DNA of 64,000 nt from Octopus vulgaris. Lineage: Eukaryota. The notes below the pieces were generated by a model that was not told the DNA's origin, ran no database searches, and was given only the letters and a program-made list of their open reading frames with translations. Positions within the stretch are counted from its first letter, which is position 1. Each line of letters opens with the position of its first letter. A program made the translations under genes and the position numbers. This document shows positions 11,606-34,988 of the stretch, in pieces. The stretch spans positions 110,856,001 to 110,920,000 of the forward strand of contig OX597820.1 of the NCBI GenBank assembly GCA_951406725.2. The letters run 5' to 3'.

Positions 11606-12289
11606 ATCACACACACACACACACATACATACGTATGTATGTATGTATGTATGTATGTATGTATGTATGTATGTATGTATGTATGTATGTATGTATGTAT
11701 GTATGTATGTATGTATGTATGTGTGTGTGTGTGTGTCTGTGTGGTATTTTGCTATATGTATTGGGTTTTCAGTTCTCATTCAGTTTCAGTAATCGCCAGA
11801 AAGGCCACCCACAAAAAAAAATCAGTATGAAAAGACATAACCCCACCGCAAAAAATGCAAACACACACACACACACAATTATTCCACACCGGCACATGTA
11901 CTGATACAACACAAAGAAAATAAAGAAAATAATACCAAAAACACATCACCACCACAACCAAACCTGCCACTTCAGTGTTACAAACAAAAAAACAACAGAG
12001 TAGATGAACGAAATGGAAAAACATTACAAAAATGAAACAACAAAAATAGAATTATTTGAAAAACACACTCACAAAATATCTAAAGGCAGATTATTAATAA
12101 ACGTCAAGTGAGATTTATTATACCCGCTTGGACAACATCCCCATGAGTATTGGAATTTATAGAAAATCTGTAAACAAAACATTATTGCAAGTGCCTATCG
12201 AGGGACACCCTCTTGGAAATGAACCCAGACCACCCATCATTCGCGATGACGAAGGTGAGTAACTTCTCCCTCTATTTAATCCAATAAAC

Positions 12290-12790
12290 ATGGTACCACT
12301 CAGAGTAGGACGTATAAATGCATGTGGTCTGGGGTCAGCTTGGGAACGAAGTTACTTGCTCAATGTTCTACCTCCGACCAGTTGGCTTATATTTGATAAT
12401 CATTATTTAAACCAAAATTTCTAGAACGCACTCTCCTCTGCACATTTTTGACGACTTTAAGGTATGCTCGTCTTGTAGTCTGATTGGATCTGGCGGTTGA
12501 GTAGCAGAGCTTTTCCGGAAAGAATTAAGTTTAGAAGTACAAACGATCTTCCTGATTTCGATAGGTAAATTGGTGACATTAGACGTGAATGACAGTAAAT
12601 GCAGTACCTTCAGACTAGTGACCGTCTATGTACCCGCCGGGACAGGGTGGCCAGACTTTTTTTTAGCTGTCTAGAAACCTCCCTGGGATCAGCTCACTCT
12701 TTAGTTCTGACGTAGAATTGGAATGGAATTTTAAACGCACGAAGGGATTACGGTTAACCCATAGAAGGGGATGCAAAAGTCTTGAAATCA
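12290..12790 (+). pseudogene. Degenerate APE endonuclease of a Tx1/L1-type ORF2
   Basis: MVPLRVGRINACGL, GKLVTLDV...FRLVTVYVP and NWNGILNA-like segments with stops and frameshifts. Confidence 0.6.
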
Positions 12791-13394
12791 CGCTCATATT
12801 TCGATGATAGCTTTTGAAATGTTGGAAAATGAAAACACCAATTCTAATGCTTACCTAATGTACTTTCAGTTATATTTGGTGAGAACTATATTTGAATGTT
12901 CCAGTTAATCTTGAAATAAGACATTGTTTAATGAATTGAAGTCGATAAAAATTAAACGCCTGTCACGAGGAATACACGCATAGAAGCATATATACCTGTC
13001 TATATGTATGTATACCCTTATATGCATATATATCGATATATAAAGATATGTGCCTATGTATGTATGTATATACATACATACACACACTCACACATACACA
13101 TTACCTCTATCTCCTCTTATTCTTTCTCTCTTTGTCTGTCTCACTCTTTATACAGACACACATACACACACACAAGCGCGCGCGCACACACACATTGAAC
13201 CTAGGAATTCCAGCGACAAAAGCTCAGTAACGTGGATGACACCAGGTAGCCATAATTGATGAAGATGCTTTGCAGGCACACCAGCTGGGACATACCCGAA
13301 ACAAGGTTTGGATATTGCAGTTTAATGTCTCTTTTCTAAACTTTAATTTTAAATTTTAAATTTAACTATATATATACATACATATATATATATA

Positions 13395-15568
13395 TAGTAG
13401 CTGACGTACCCGGTAATTCCCGGAAAAGCGGGGCTTATCCCTTGGTTCCGTTCTCATAATTGTTTCTCTAATCCAGTAACAACAATACAAAGTATGTAGC
13501 CCTTAAAAAGCTTTTTGTGCATTTACAGAGAATACCGAACTGTCTTACACAGGATCTTGTTTTTAGGAATTCCCAATAAGTTATGAATACCCAAAAGTCA
13601 GTTATGTAATAACATGAAATTAGTTACCCGATAGTAAGAATTCAAATAAAGTAGCCCCGATAAGGGCTTTAATGCGTTCCCAGAGTATACAGATCTTAGG
13701 AGGAAATACTAATAAGGTATGTATATTAAAATTGTGAAGCATGTTACGTAATAACAGGCTAATAGATATGAGCTAATAATTCAAAGTAAATAACTCTGAA
13801 AAGGGCTTTGTGCGTTCCCAGAGAATGTTACCCTTAGCGGCGCTAGTGGTTGGTATATTCGTGAATAAGTCACTAACTGAAATAAGTGGATCTATTGTTT
13901 AGGAAAAGACTATTTACATGTTTAAGCGTTGTACTGGATGAAATGCGAAAATAACTCTAACATTTCAAATACTAAGAAATAAGCATACGAGGGGCGTTCA
14001 ATAAGTAATGCCCCTGACCCACTTCCCATAGAAGTAGAGCAACGAAATTTGGCACAGGTATTAGTCTTTTTCTACATAGGAAAAACCCAGAGTTACGCAT
14101 TTCTCCCATCGTTTGATGCAGCTCTGGAGACCGTTTTCGTAGAAGACCCCAGCTTGGTCCTCCAACCATGACGTGACTTCAGAAATCAAGGCTGCATCAT
14201 CTGGGAAACACTTTCCTTTCAAAAAAAACTTCATGGCTGGGAAGAGGTGAAAATCAGAGGGTGCAAGGTCAGGAGAGTAGGGGGATGGGGGAAGAGTTCA
14301 TAGCCGCACGCCTGTGCTTCTGATCTGGCGACACGCGAGTTGTGAACTGGAGCGTTGTCCTGCAGGAGGAGGATACCTTTGCTGATCTTGCCCCGCCTCT
14401 TGGTTTTGATAGCTTCTCTTAATTTCCTCAAAAGTGAAGCATGATAGGCTCCTGCAATTGTGGTACCCTTTGCCAGGAAATCTGTCATCACTACTCCGTC
14501 CTGGTCCCAGAAGACTGTGAGCATGACCTTGCCAGCAGAGGGCTGCTCCCTTGCCTCCTTCGGAAGAGGTGAGTCATGGTGCTTCCACTGCAGTGACTGG
14601 GCTTTGATCTCTAGATCATAGTGATGGACCCAGGTCTCATCTTGTGTAATCAGTCTTTTGAAAAATTTTGACTCATCTTCTTGGCACATCCCTAAATTCA
14701 TCCTCGAGCACTCGACGCGTTCTTGCTTCTGGAAAAGTGTGAGCAACCTGGGAATCCATCTGGCAGACACCTTTTGCATATGCAAATGGTCATGAATGAT
14801 AGTTTCCACAGACCCGGTACTAATCTTGACCTCATAGGCTATTTGGCGAATAGTTATGCGTCGATCTTCCAAAATGGCAGCCTCAACTTGACGGACAGAT
14901 GCCTCATCAATGGCAGAAGGGGGGCGACCAGATCTGGGAGCTGTTTCCACAGAGTTCCGACCATGTTTGAATTCACGATGCCAGCGTTTTACAAGGTCAT
15001 ATGATGGGGCATCATCACCATAAGTTACTTTCATTTCATCAAAAGTCTCCTGTGTTCTGCGTCATTTCAAATACAAAAACCGGATCACTGCTCGACACTC
15101 AACAGGCTCCATTTCCCACTTGACTCATTTCAAACTCATGTAAATCAGAAACCACAGTTAGTTCGGAGCTGTAATTTGCCACGTAATCTATAGTAATATA
15201 AAGAATTGTACATGCAAAATTTCAGCTAGATCAAACAAAGGCAAGTGGGTCAGAGGCATTACTTATTGAACGCCCCTCGTACTCAATTTCATTTTTACCA
15301 AATGATTTTCCTTGGTTGTTAAAATCTTGGTGAATGGGTTATTTTCCTTGGCTGTTAAAATTAAATATATTAAATATGTATAAGGACCCCTTCCAGAGGC
15401 CCTATTATCGATGTTTTCAACAATCTGAGTATGCCATGAGGTTTCCAGACCTGAATTCTACTCACGTGTCAAGTTTCATCAAAATCGATAAAACGATGTA
15501 AGAGGAGTTTGCTAACAACTCCACCAACACACCCACTGACAGAATTTCCCATATATGTAGAAGATATC
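13395..15568. mobile_element. Non-autonomous Helitron/Helentron-like (DINE/Lep1-type) element with internal tandem repeats, split by a mariner
   Basis: Starts TAGTAGCTGACGTACCCGGTAATTCCCGG; diverged ~150-bp units at 13490-13850; ends AAGTTTCATCAAAATCG...ACAGAATTTCCCATATATGTAGAAGAT. Confidence 0.5.
13988..15279 (-). mobile_element. Full-length mariner (irritans/Hsmar2-like) with TA TSD; transposase frameshifted
   Basis: TIR CGAGGGGCGTTCAATAAGTAATGCC at both ends; ORF 14231-15034 with WIPRLL, TQDETW, LQDNAPVH; HPPYSPDLAPSD is reached only via a frameshift. Confidence 0.93.
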
Positions 15569-15914
15569 TGTGTTCGTGAGTGTGCGTACACTTATGCTTC
15601 TCCCACTTAGCAGATATACATGCATAGGCATTAGATATTCACATCTATGCACTTATATAGCTTGTATACACGCACATACACGTTCATCGGCAATGGATCT
15701 GATGTCCAACGATACCTTCAAAGACAGGTTAGCCAGCTTGACGCTACCAAACTCCTTTCCAGCCTCGCGGTTCCTGAAAATTTTCTTTTTTTTTAATGTA
15801 CTGGTGTCGCTGGAATGTCAATCTCACTTCTAATAACACCATGTGACCCGCCTTCGTCAATAACAGCCCAGTTTTCGATAGACATCTTGGACGTCTATGG
15901 ATTGTGTGGATGAA

Positions 15915-16125
15915 CAATGGCCTAGTGGTTAGGGCAGCGGACTCGCAGTCGTAGGATCGCGGTTTCGATTCCCAGATCGGGCGTTGTGTGTGTTTATTGA
16001 GCGAAAACACCTAAAAGCTCCACGAGATTCCGGCAGGGTGTGATGGTGAACCCTGCTGTACTCTTTCACCACAACTTTCTCTCACTGTTTCTGTTGTACT
16101 TGTATTTCAAAGGACCAGCCTTGTC
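15915..16125 (+). mobile_element. tRNA-derived SINE (5' part)
   Basis: A box TGGCCTAGTGG, B-box-like GGTTTCGATTCC; second copy on the minus strand at 17170-17590. Confidence 0.75.
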
Positions 16126-16236
16126 ATTAGGAAGCTAGTTTTCTGTAAGAAGCCTACGAAACTTTAAGTTACTTGGGGCCGAACGCCTACTAAACGTGCT
16201 GAGTACCTCTTTCTTTCGGTTGTCCATTCACCCGCA

Positions 16237-16269
<33 letters not shown>

Positions 16270-16273
16270 TCAC

Positions 16274-16747
16274 ATCATCGTTCGACCGTGGTCGAGACAA
16301 TGGAATTTACTATGTTACGTCAGACTTCACGGTCCATCATGGCATTACGGAGGTCCTGTTGCTGGATGCCTGTATCCCTGGAGATTACATCAGGGTAGGA
16401 GAGTGTGTGTGCCCTCTGTTATGATATCCAGAGGAGAAGAGTAGAAATTACCTCGTTTTCAGCTCTACAACAATCTCCAGCAAACTGGACTCTTCTACCT
16501 TTCACAAGGGATGATACAGGTGGTAATTTCCCATATATTTGTACTTTGGTTGGATGACGCTTCCACGAGAGATTTTGAGCTCTCATAAGGAGGCGAGTGT
16601 AAGTTCAATCGAACCGCCTCTCAAGCTTCTTTGATAACGTCCAGGTTTCTGAGGCATATAGTAATGATATGCATAAGATCTGGTCATCAAATCTAAGTAG
16701 AGATTTCAAACTTAAAATCTTCAAAGCCACAGTCGAACCAATTCTAC
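16274..16747 (-). mobile_element. RTE-group LINE 3' fragment with inverted 5' segment and 11-bp TSD
   Basis: Minus: SETWTLSKKLERR...TRLLMRAQNLSWKRHPT; plus 16660-16752: NDMHKIWSSNLSRDFKLKIFKATVEPILLY; TATATATTCAC at 16263-16273 and 16748-16758. Confidence 0.8.
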
Positions 16748-17169
16748 TATATATTCACGCACAAACACGATAGTCAACAGGTGAGATCCAGAGATGATCA
16801 ATATAGAAAACACGTACTAGTGCTCAAATGATGGGAATTTACACTCCGAAATCTTAATTGAGGACGAAGTTCGCGGGGTAAGGATTGGCTATAAGAGGAA
16901 TCTAGATGCGCTAATAATCAAATAAACATGCTTGCACTTGATATATGCATATTTCTATACATATTTCTATACGTATAAGGCTCTATATAGAGAGAAACAA
17001 AAACAGAAAATATTCAGAAGGTCAACATTCACGTATAAGCATATAGATATTGATATTTTTTCAGATCAGATTTACATGGAGTGCAAAAATACTGAAAACT
17101 AAAGGGAGAGGGCATAGTATTTCAGGTTCGGTGGCTGTTTCATGGAGCTCGGAATTACGTAATAGTTGT

Positions 17170-17590
17170 AATTTTGGAGTATGCAAAAAGTCAAGGATAT
17201 GTAACTTGTAGTCGTAGCACTCCGTCGGTTACAACGACGAAGGTTCCAGTTGATCCGATCAACCAAACAGCCTGCACGTGAAATTAACGTGCAAGTGGCT
17301 GAGCACTCCACAGACACGTGTACCCTTAACGTAGTTCTCGGAGAGATTCAACGTGACAGAGAGTGTGACAAAGATGGCCCTTTGTGAATACAAGTACAAC
17401 AGAAACAAGAGTGAGAGATACTTGTGGTGAAAGAGTACAGCAGGGTTCACCCTCACACCCTGCCGGAGCCTCGTGGAGCTTTAGGTGTTTTCACTCAATA
17501 AACACGCGCAACACCCGGTCTGGGAATCGAAACTGCGATCCTACGACCGCGAGTCTGCTGCCCTAACCACTGGGCCACTGCGCCTCCACA
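17170..17590 (-). mobile_element. tRNA-derived SINE, same family as 15915-16125
   Basis: rc begins GGAGGCGCAGTGGCCCAGTGGTTAGGGCAGCAGACTCGCGGTCGTAGGATCGCAGTTTCGATTCC. Confidence 0.75.
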
Positions 17591-18211
17591 CAACCTATAG
17601 TAGATGCAAAGAAACATTACCGCAAGTCCAGCCGTTGTCTTCAGGGTGAAGAGATTGACATCTAACATTTCAGATCACGATGCATGGAATTTAAAGGTAG
17701 AATAAACAAGAAGTGTAATACAGCTGGGTAGAAGGAGGAAGTAAGCGGTTGAGAGGGTGGGGAGGCTGTTGCAGCAGAGGAAAGGCAAGAAGAGATAGGA
17801 GAGAGAGAGAGATCACGGAGAGGGAAAGGTTGAGTGAGCAGGTGATGGAGAGAAGTGGAAGTGTCGAGTTGTGAGAGATGAGTGAGAAAGGATGAGATGG
17901 GTATGGCTGCAAAGGGTGCTTTTTTTGTTAATTTGTGTCATCCTCTCTCTTCTTTCTCACTTTTTACACACACACACGCACGCGCGCACGCGCGCACACA
18001 CACATATATATATATAGATAGATATTTACATATAGATACATACATATGTGTGTGTGTGTGTATATGTATGCATGCATGTGTTTGTTTTTGGATACACATG
18101 TATATATGTGTGTGTATATATATATATATATACGTGTATGTATGTTTGCATGTGTATGTATTAATGTGCAGGTATGTGTGACCATGTGTCTGCAGAAAGA
18201 AGGAAAGGAAA

Positions 18212-18312
<101 letters not shown>

Positions 18313-18377
18313 CAGACATACAGACAGACAGATAGATAGAAAGACAAACAGACAGACAGACAGATAGATAGTTAGAC

Positions 18378-18444
<67 letters not shown>

Positions 18445-18527
18445 TAGATAGATATACATGTAGGTCGGTAGACAGAATGTTAGATATGGCGGTAAATAAT
18501 AATGAATATCGATAGGCAGAAAGAGAA

Positions 18528-18558
<31 letters not shown>

Positions 18559-19288
18559 TGTATGTATGTATGTATGTATGTATGTATGTATGTGTGTATG
18601 TATGTATGTAGGTAGGTATGTATTATGTATGTATGTATGTTTGTAGTCCAAAAATTCATTGTCATTTAAGTAACAATATATAATATAATGAAATATATTT
18701 TATATACATTTGTGTAACTGAGCAGAAGGGAAGCAAATCTACCAGCCCAATGGCTGCTGTGAGAAGTAAGACATGAACAGTGGGATTTTAAATATAAATT
18801 TGAAATAATATAAATCTGAAATAATTAACGGCAGTTGGGAGTTAAATCTGGATTCGAAGCGGTGGTCAAGAGGGAGAGATGTAAGCTTTGCTGAAAAAGA
18901 GTTGGCGGTGTTTTGAATGAAATGCAAACAGGGTTGAGATAAAGACGATTGGAAGATGAATGATATGAACAGCTTGTAGGGTTTTCATCATTAGGTTAAC
19001 ATCATGTTAGTGTCACTGGTGGATTTAATGATAAGCAAAGACGCTGCAACACAATTAAAAAATACAGAAAGTGGGTATGTCTCCATTTCGTATGTGTGAT
19101 TGAGTGTGTGTGCGTGTGTGTGTGTGAATGTATGTATGTATGCACGTATGTATATATATATACATACATACACATATAAATAATATGAAATACAATATAA
19201 TAAATATGTGTATTCAAATATATATATGTATATGGAGATGTAAACAGGAAAATAGAACTCAAAAAGCATGAATATATATATACACACA

Positions 19289-19495
19289 CAAGGTGTCCCA
19301 GAAGTCGCACACTATTCTGGTTTCCATTTTAAATAATTAAAGCCTTTTATTTTATATTTTTTCTGCATGTTTTATTGTAGAGGGTGCTCAATTTGAGCAT
19401 TTGTTACGATTAATTTCAATAAAGAGTTTTTGAAATCAATAAGGGTGTATTCTTTTAAAAAAAACAGGGTGGTGAGCAACTTCTGGGACACCCTG
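19289..19495. mobile_element. Tc1/mariner-derived MITE (~207 bp)
   Basis: TIRs CAAGGTGTCCCAGAAGTCGCACAC and rc CAGGGTGTCCCAGAAGTTGCTCAC; TA on the right. Confidence 0.8.
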
Positions 19496-19497
19496 TA

Positions 19498-19565
<68 letters not shown>

Positions 19566-19849
19566 CACATATTTTGCATGTGTGTATATTGAGTAATCGA
19601 CATAAGTTACAGAGTGACTCAAGAGATGAAATTTTCATACATTGCCGCTTATTAAACTGCTAATGCACTTACCAACTCTTGGTCCTTGAGTCACGCCGTA
19701 ACTTCTACTGATTATTCGTTATATATATATGGTGTGTGTAAGTATGATACTAGTGTTAGTGTTTATGTTATGGGTGTGTACGAACATGATTTCAGTATAT
19801 GTGTATGATGGTGCATGTGTATTTAATGTGTGTGTGTATGTGCGCGTGG

Positions 19850-20001
19850 TCAGTTGATCTGTGGACTGCCAAACTCCACAGTCAGTATGACGATTACTCC
19901 CACTGTAGCACCCATACCCATTAGTGCTACGTACTTCACCGCTCGGCCCAGTCGTTTGGCTTGTTGGTAGCGTTTCTTGGCGAACGCCGTGTCTGATTGC
20001 A
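19850..20001 (-). CDS. Terminal coding exon of a probable CD225/dispanin-family (IFITM/PRRT/SynDIG-like) membrane protein
   Basis: Polypyrimidine tract and acceptor TTTCTCTTTGTATTTTTCAG|TG; phase-1 exon xQSDTAFAKKRYQQAKRLGRAVKYVALMGMGATVGVIVILTVEFGSPQIN*, i.e. an amphipathic loop plus C-terminal TM helix as in CD225 proteins. Upstream exons not identified. Confidence 0.6.
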
Positions 20002-20132
20002 CTGAAAAATACAAAGAGAAAGTACGTTTGTTACTAGCAGTAGGAACAGTAGCAGTATTAGTGCTATCCTCCTCCTCCTCCTCCTCATCATCATCATCAT
20101 CATCCTCATCATCATCATCATCAGCATCATCA

Positions 20133-29619
<9,487 letters not shown>

Positions 29620-29649
29620 GCCCTGATTGCAAAGAAAAGAAATCATTAT

Positions 29650-29830
29650 CGTTAGCACGCTGGACGAAATGCTTAGCGGTATTTCGCCCCTCGCTCCATT
29701 TTGAGTTCAAATTCCGCCGAGGTCGACTTTGCCTTTCGTCCTTTCGGGGTCGATGAAATAGTTACACACTGGGGTCGACATAATCGCCTAGCTCCCTTCC
29801 CCCAAAATTTTCAAGGCCTTGTGCCTAGAG
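29650..29830 (+). mobile_element. tRNA-derived SINE (second family); further copies ~30480-30780, 30888-31065, 43965-44163
   Basis: GTTAGCACGC...GAAATGCTTAGCGGTATTTCG...GAGTTCAAATTCCGCCGAGGTCGACTTTGCCTTTC recurs in the window. Confidence 0.75.
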
Positions 29831-29833
29831 TAC

Positions 29834-29885
<52 letters not shown>

Positions 29886-29887
<2 letters not shown>

Positions 29888-30346
29888 GAGAAAGCAACCA
29901 TACTTTGGGATATGCCAATTCTCGCAGATAGAGAAATTAAGGCCAATACGCCAGATATAGTTGTCAGAGATCAAGAAGAAAAAAATGCTTTCTAATTGAT
30001 GTATCAATACCAGCAGATGACAACGTGTCTCTAAAAGAAATGAAAAACTTTCAAAATACAAAGACCTGGAAATAGAGGTAACTCGAATGTGGAATCTAAA
30101 AACAGAAACAATTCCTATCATAGTAGGCGCATTAGGCATGATAACAATATTTAGACAAATACATAACAAAAACACCAGGACTTACAAATATATATAACAT
30201 ACCGAAAATTGCACTACTGGGCACTGCACACATCCTACGCAAAACACTTTCAATACAGTAACCGTAAGAGCATCACAACAAACTACAGCACACAGAGCTG
30301 CGATCGGTAGTGAAGTGAAAGCACGCTATAAAAATAAAACTACTGA
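29886..30346 (+). mobile_element. R4/Dong-type 3' fragment in (TAA)n; same family as 59850-60585
   Basis: ATILWDMPI...PDIVVRDQEEK...ETIPIIVGALG...GTAHILRKTL; tail AGCTGCGATCGGTAGTGAAGTGAAAGCACGC. Confidence 0.85.
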
Positions 30347-30358
30347 ACAACAACAACA

Positions 30359-30454
<96 letters not shown>

Positions 30455-30784
30455 GCCCTGGTGGCAAGTAAAAGAAATTATTATCGTTAGCATGCTACGC
30501 TCTGAGTTCAAATTCCGCCGAAGTCGACTTTGTCTTTCATCCTTCCGGAGGTCGATTAATTAAGTACCTATTTATTACCCACAAGGGGCTAAACACAGAG
30601 GGAACAAACAAGGACAGACATAGGTATTAAGTCGATTACATCGACCCCAGTGCGTAACTGTTACTTAATTTATCGACCCCGAAAGGATGAAAGGCAAAGT
30701 CGACCTCGGAGCACTGGAGTCGATGTAATCGACTAATCCCATCCCCACAAATTTGAGGCCTTGTTCCTCCACTAGAAGGGATTA

Positions 30785-30885
<101 letters not shown>

Positions 30886-31419
30886 TAAGGTGGCGAGCTG
30901 GTAGGCTCATTAGCTTGCCGGGCAAAATGCTTAGCGGCATTTTGTGCATCTTTACGTTCTGAGTTCAAATTCTGCCGAGGTTGACTTTGCCTTTCATTCT
31001 TTCTTGGTCGATGAAATTAGGTACCAGTTATAATCGACTCATCCCCTCCCTCAAAATTGCTGCCTTTGAATATATGTATATGTTTGATCTTTCTGTGGAT
31101 TTTGTAATGTTCCTTTAGTTGCTGCTCACATTGCCTCCCCTCGGATTAATAAGTATATATACATATATACATATATACGACGGGCTTCTTTCAGTTTCCG
31201 TCTACGAAATCCACTCACAAGTCTTTGGTCAGCCCGAGGCTATAGTAGAAGACATATGCCCAAGGTGCCACGCAGTGGGACTGAATCCTGAACCGTATGG
31301 TTCATAAGCAAGCTACTTACCTAACTATATACATATATACACAGCCACCCTAACTATATACATATATATTATACATATTTACGTGTACACACGTACACAC
31401 ATAAACACTCACATGTAAA

Positions 31420-32445
31420 CAGGGTGTTGCAGAGAATTGAGACCAATTTCAAGCAGTTGACTTAATGGGTTTAACAATTCATTTTTTGACAACCTTGAAA
31501 ACCTAATCCTCCTCTAGTTTACAGGTAAATAGCGAACTGATTCGATAACAGAAAGTCATGGAACAACAGAATCGTCCCAATCTGGTTGTTTTGGCTCATG
31601 CCAAGCACACTGCCAATAAAATTGTTTGTTAAGTTAATGAAACTTCCAAAAGCAACAGTTTATCGTTGTGTATAAACAATTTAAAGAAGAGGGAAATATT
31701 GATAGAAAAGAACACAAGACTTGAAGTGATTCCAAGCGCAATCCAAAGTTTCTCGCTGGCCTCAAACCCATCCTCATCCATGACAACTCTTACAAAGAAA
31801 CGCAATGTCTCCCTCTCCACGGTGTCCAGAGCTGTGAACAACAACCTTGACATAACTAGCTATGTTCGACGACGCCATCACCTCCTGACAGCTGAGATAT
31901 GCCCAAAGTTCCTGTCAAGCATCAAGGTGCAGGGAAAACTCTCGTGTTTGTGGACGAGAAGTTCACTGTGGACACTGAGATGAATTGCAGAAATTCTCGA
32001 ATGATTGCATACAATCCTTCTGACATCCCCCTATATTAGAGACTAAGAATCCTGCCTCTTTGATGGCATTTGGAGCCTTGGCGAGTGATTGAAGTGTCAT
32101 GGATTCACACTTCATTGAGTTTGGCTTGAAGATCGGCTCAAAGGAGTATCTGGACATCTTAAAGAACTTTCTGTTGCCTTTGGATGGAGCAGAAGTTTGG
32201 GTTTGACAGTGTGGTGCTTACTCAGTAAGCACACAGGCCTTCCTTGGTGAGAAGGTGCCATTTTTTGTGAGGGCCAACATCTGACCAGATCTCAACCTTC
32301 TCAATTACTTTTATGGGAGTACTTCGAACAATGTTTTTGCAATAGATGTTAAATTAAAATTATATCTGTCTACTAATATTATTTTAGTATTTATAACCAG
32401 TTTTATGCATCGTAAAAAATGTCTCAGTTTATCTGCAAGACCCTG
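31420..32445 (+). mobile_element. Internally deleted maT/DD37D-type Tc1/mariner element
   Basis: TIRs CAGGGTGTTGCAGAGAATTGAGAC and rc CAGGGTCTTGCAGATAAACTGAGAC; VFVDEKFTVD, TKNPASLMAFG, HFIEFGLKI...YLDIL remnants. Confidence 0.75.
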
Positions 32446-33172
32446 TATAATACATATGTCATGTAGAACAATATTACATTTAAAAAATTCCTTCGGCTTG
32501 ATAAAATATTTGATTCATTAATTAGAAATTTTATAAAGTGAGACATTTTATTAAAGTTGGAAATACAGTTTGGATGAAATGCTTGTGTGTGATTTTTGCC
32601 GTTTCTTCATAAAACGTCAGTAGTTTATGAATCGAGAGAAATGAGTGAAGGTTCTTAAGGTTTCCATGCAAAATATTAACTGTTTATATCTATGTGTGTG
32701 CGCGCAAAATCACAGAGTGTACCTAACGGAAAATACTTAAATATGAGATTGTTACTCGTATTTCATTGAAGATTATGGTCCTATTATACTATAAATATAG
32801 TTTAGATTCAAAGATCTTTTGAATCAGGAAGTAGATTTATTAATTATAGTATTCCCTTAATATGCTTTCACAAAATGTGTGTATGCGTGTATGTGAAAGG
32901 CACACTCACAAATGCATACAGAGTCAATTGACTGTATAGTCATGGCTGAGTAGGTATACATTCATACATACATATATACACATACACACAAACTCACACA
33001 CGCATGTATACACACACTCACACACAGACAGACACACACACACATATATATATACATATATACACACACAAACACATAAGCACACATATATTTATTTACT
33101 CATATATATATATATATATATATATATAAACATACATACATATAGTCAACTAAATGTATACTTGTGAGTGTT

Positions 33173-33230
<58 letters not shown>

Positions 33231-33399
33231 TGTTCGTGTTTACTTGTGTGATGTATGTATATAGACATGTATATATACAAACATGCGTATGCATATATAT
33301 ATATGTACGCATTCATCTATACACATACATACACAACCACAATCGTACGTGTGCATGCACACTCATATGCCTGTACATCTCTGTCTCTGTCTCGCCCAT

Positions 33400-33771
33400 C
33401 CATCTTTCAAAAAAAAGATGGGTGAATGTAGCAAGGATGGCACATATGAATGACGAAACCACCTTGAGCATAATCATTTAAAACAGAGGGTTACTTACTT
33501 GCAAACAAATGTGTTAACATGCGACATTATTGACTGAGGTTACCGTGATCTTTTCCGTAGGCTTTTCTTTCCACGGATAAACCTTATCTTCTTCCCCCTT
33601 TACACTTTACATCATGACATTTTTGTGATACACGATCCCTATTGATCGTTTTTCTCCCTTTTACGATCCCCTTTGATCGAAAACCTACCCCACATTTTTC
33701 TCTCCCCAAAAAGAAAAGGTCTACTTTGTAATCTGTCCCGTCTGTGTGCAACCGTGTGTGGCTAATAAAGA

Positions 33772-33775
<4 letters not shown>
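33400..33775 (+). mobile_element. Tx1/L1-type LINE 3' end
   Basis: ORF2-like end KRWVNVARMAHMNDETTLSIII*, pyrimidine-rich UTR, CTGTCCCGTCTGTGTG...AATAAAGAAAC, then (TA)n. Confidence 0.55.
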
Positions 33776-33825
<50 letters not shown>

Positions 33826-34582
33826 ACTGTTTTATCGTGTGATATATTAAATCTATAGATTTTATACATGAATATTAATATAACGAGTTTATATAATGGA
33901 TTTGAGTGTATTTGTACTATTTCAAATCTTTGATTGTATTATTCATGAATGGAATCGATTGAGTTGATTAATTAGACGCTTATCATTTTAAAATCTAGAT
34001 AGATTAACAAAATCGTTGAACTTAGTAATTTAGTTTGCTTATCAATATTAGTTAGTTCTTGCTATTATTTTGACTTTGATCGTTTTTATTATTGTTATTG
34101 TTATTGACTGGTTTGGTAGAGGACTGGTGATTGTGATTGTACATCTTCATAGAGTATTGTTCTGTGGTTCTAATATTTTAGTACCTTTCTTTAATTTAGG
34201 GTTGATAGGTTTCTTACTTTCCATTAACATATTATTCTCGCTATTATATATATATATATATATTATAATATATTATATTATTTATTGATATATAGGTGAA
34301 TTATGTATTTGTAATACTAAATTGAAGTTAATTAGGTATTATATTATTTGATATTTAGTCAATTTTGTTATAGATTGTTATATTAAATCTATAGATACTA
34401 CACATGTATATTTATTATATGATTAGCTTATTTAAGGAGTTTGTCTATATTTGAAACATTTCTTATTTTGATTACAATTTAATGACTCGTAATAGCTTTG
34501 TGTATTTTATTTTATTTTATTTTAAAGTATTTAATTATTGAATTATTATTTTATTTTTCACTTATGTATATTTAGAATTTTC

Positions 34583-34648
<66 letters not shown>

Positions 34649-34938
34649 GTATATTTATTAATTAATTATTTTATTGTTCTATTTTATTTTTAACATGATG
34701 AACGACTATATTTATATGCAAGTGATTTCCCTACTACTATAATCATTTCTTAAATATAGCAGCGAAACACGTGTCCTTTTTCTACCTATTATATACATTA
34801 TATTATTTTTGTAATTTACTTAATCTTTACTTTTTAATTGTTATTTTAATTTTAACTTTTCTATTATATGTAATTTTCTAGATGGTGTAATTTAATTATT
34901 CATTTTGAATTGATAAAAGGTGTTTTTTTCTTATATAT

Positions 34939-34984
<46 letters not shown>

Positions 34985-34988
<4 letters not shown>

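Noticed and set aside
13490-13850. CRISPR-like or other prokaryotic array
   Set aside because: Diverged tandem units without unique spacers, in eukaryotic TE context with no cas genes.
15915-15985. tRNA gene
   Set aside because: The tRNA-like head continues into a repeated SINE body and lacks a proper acceptor stem.
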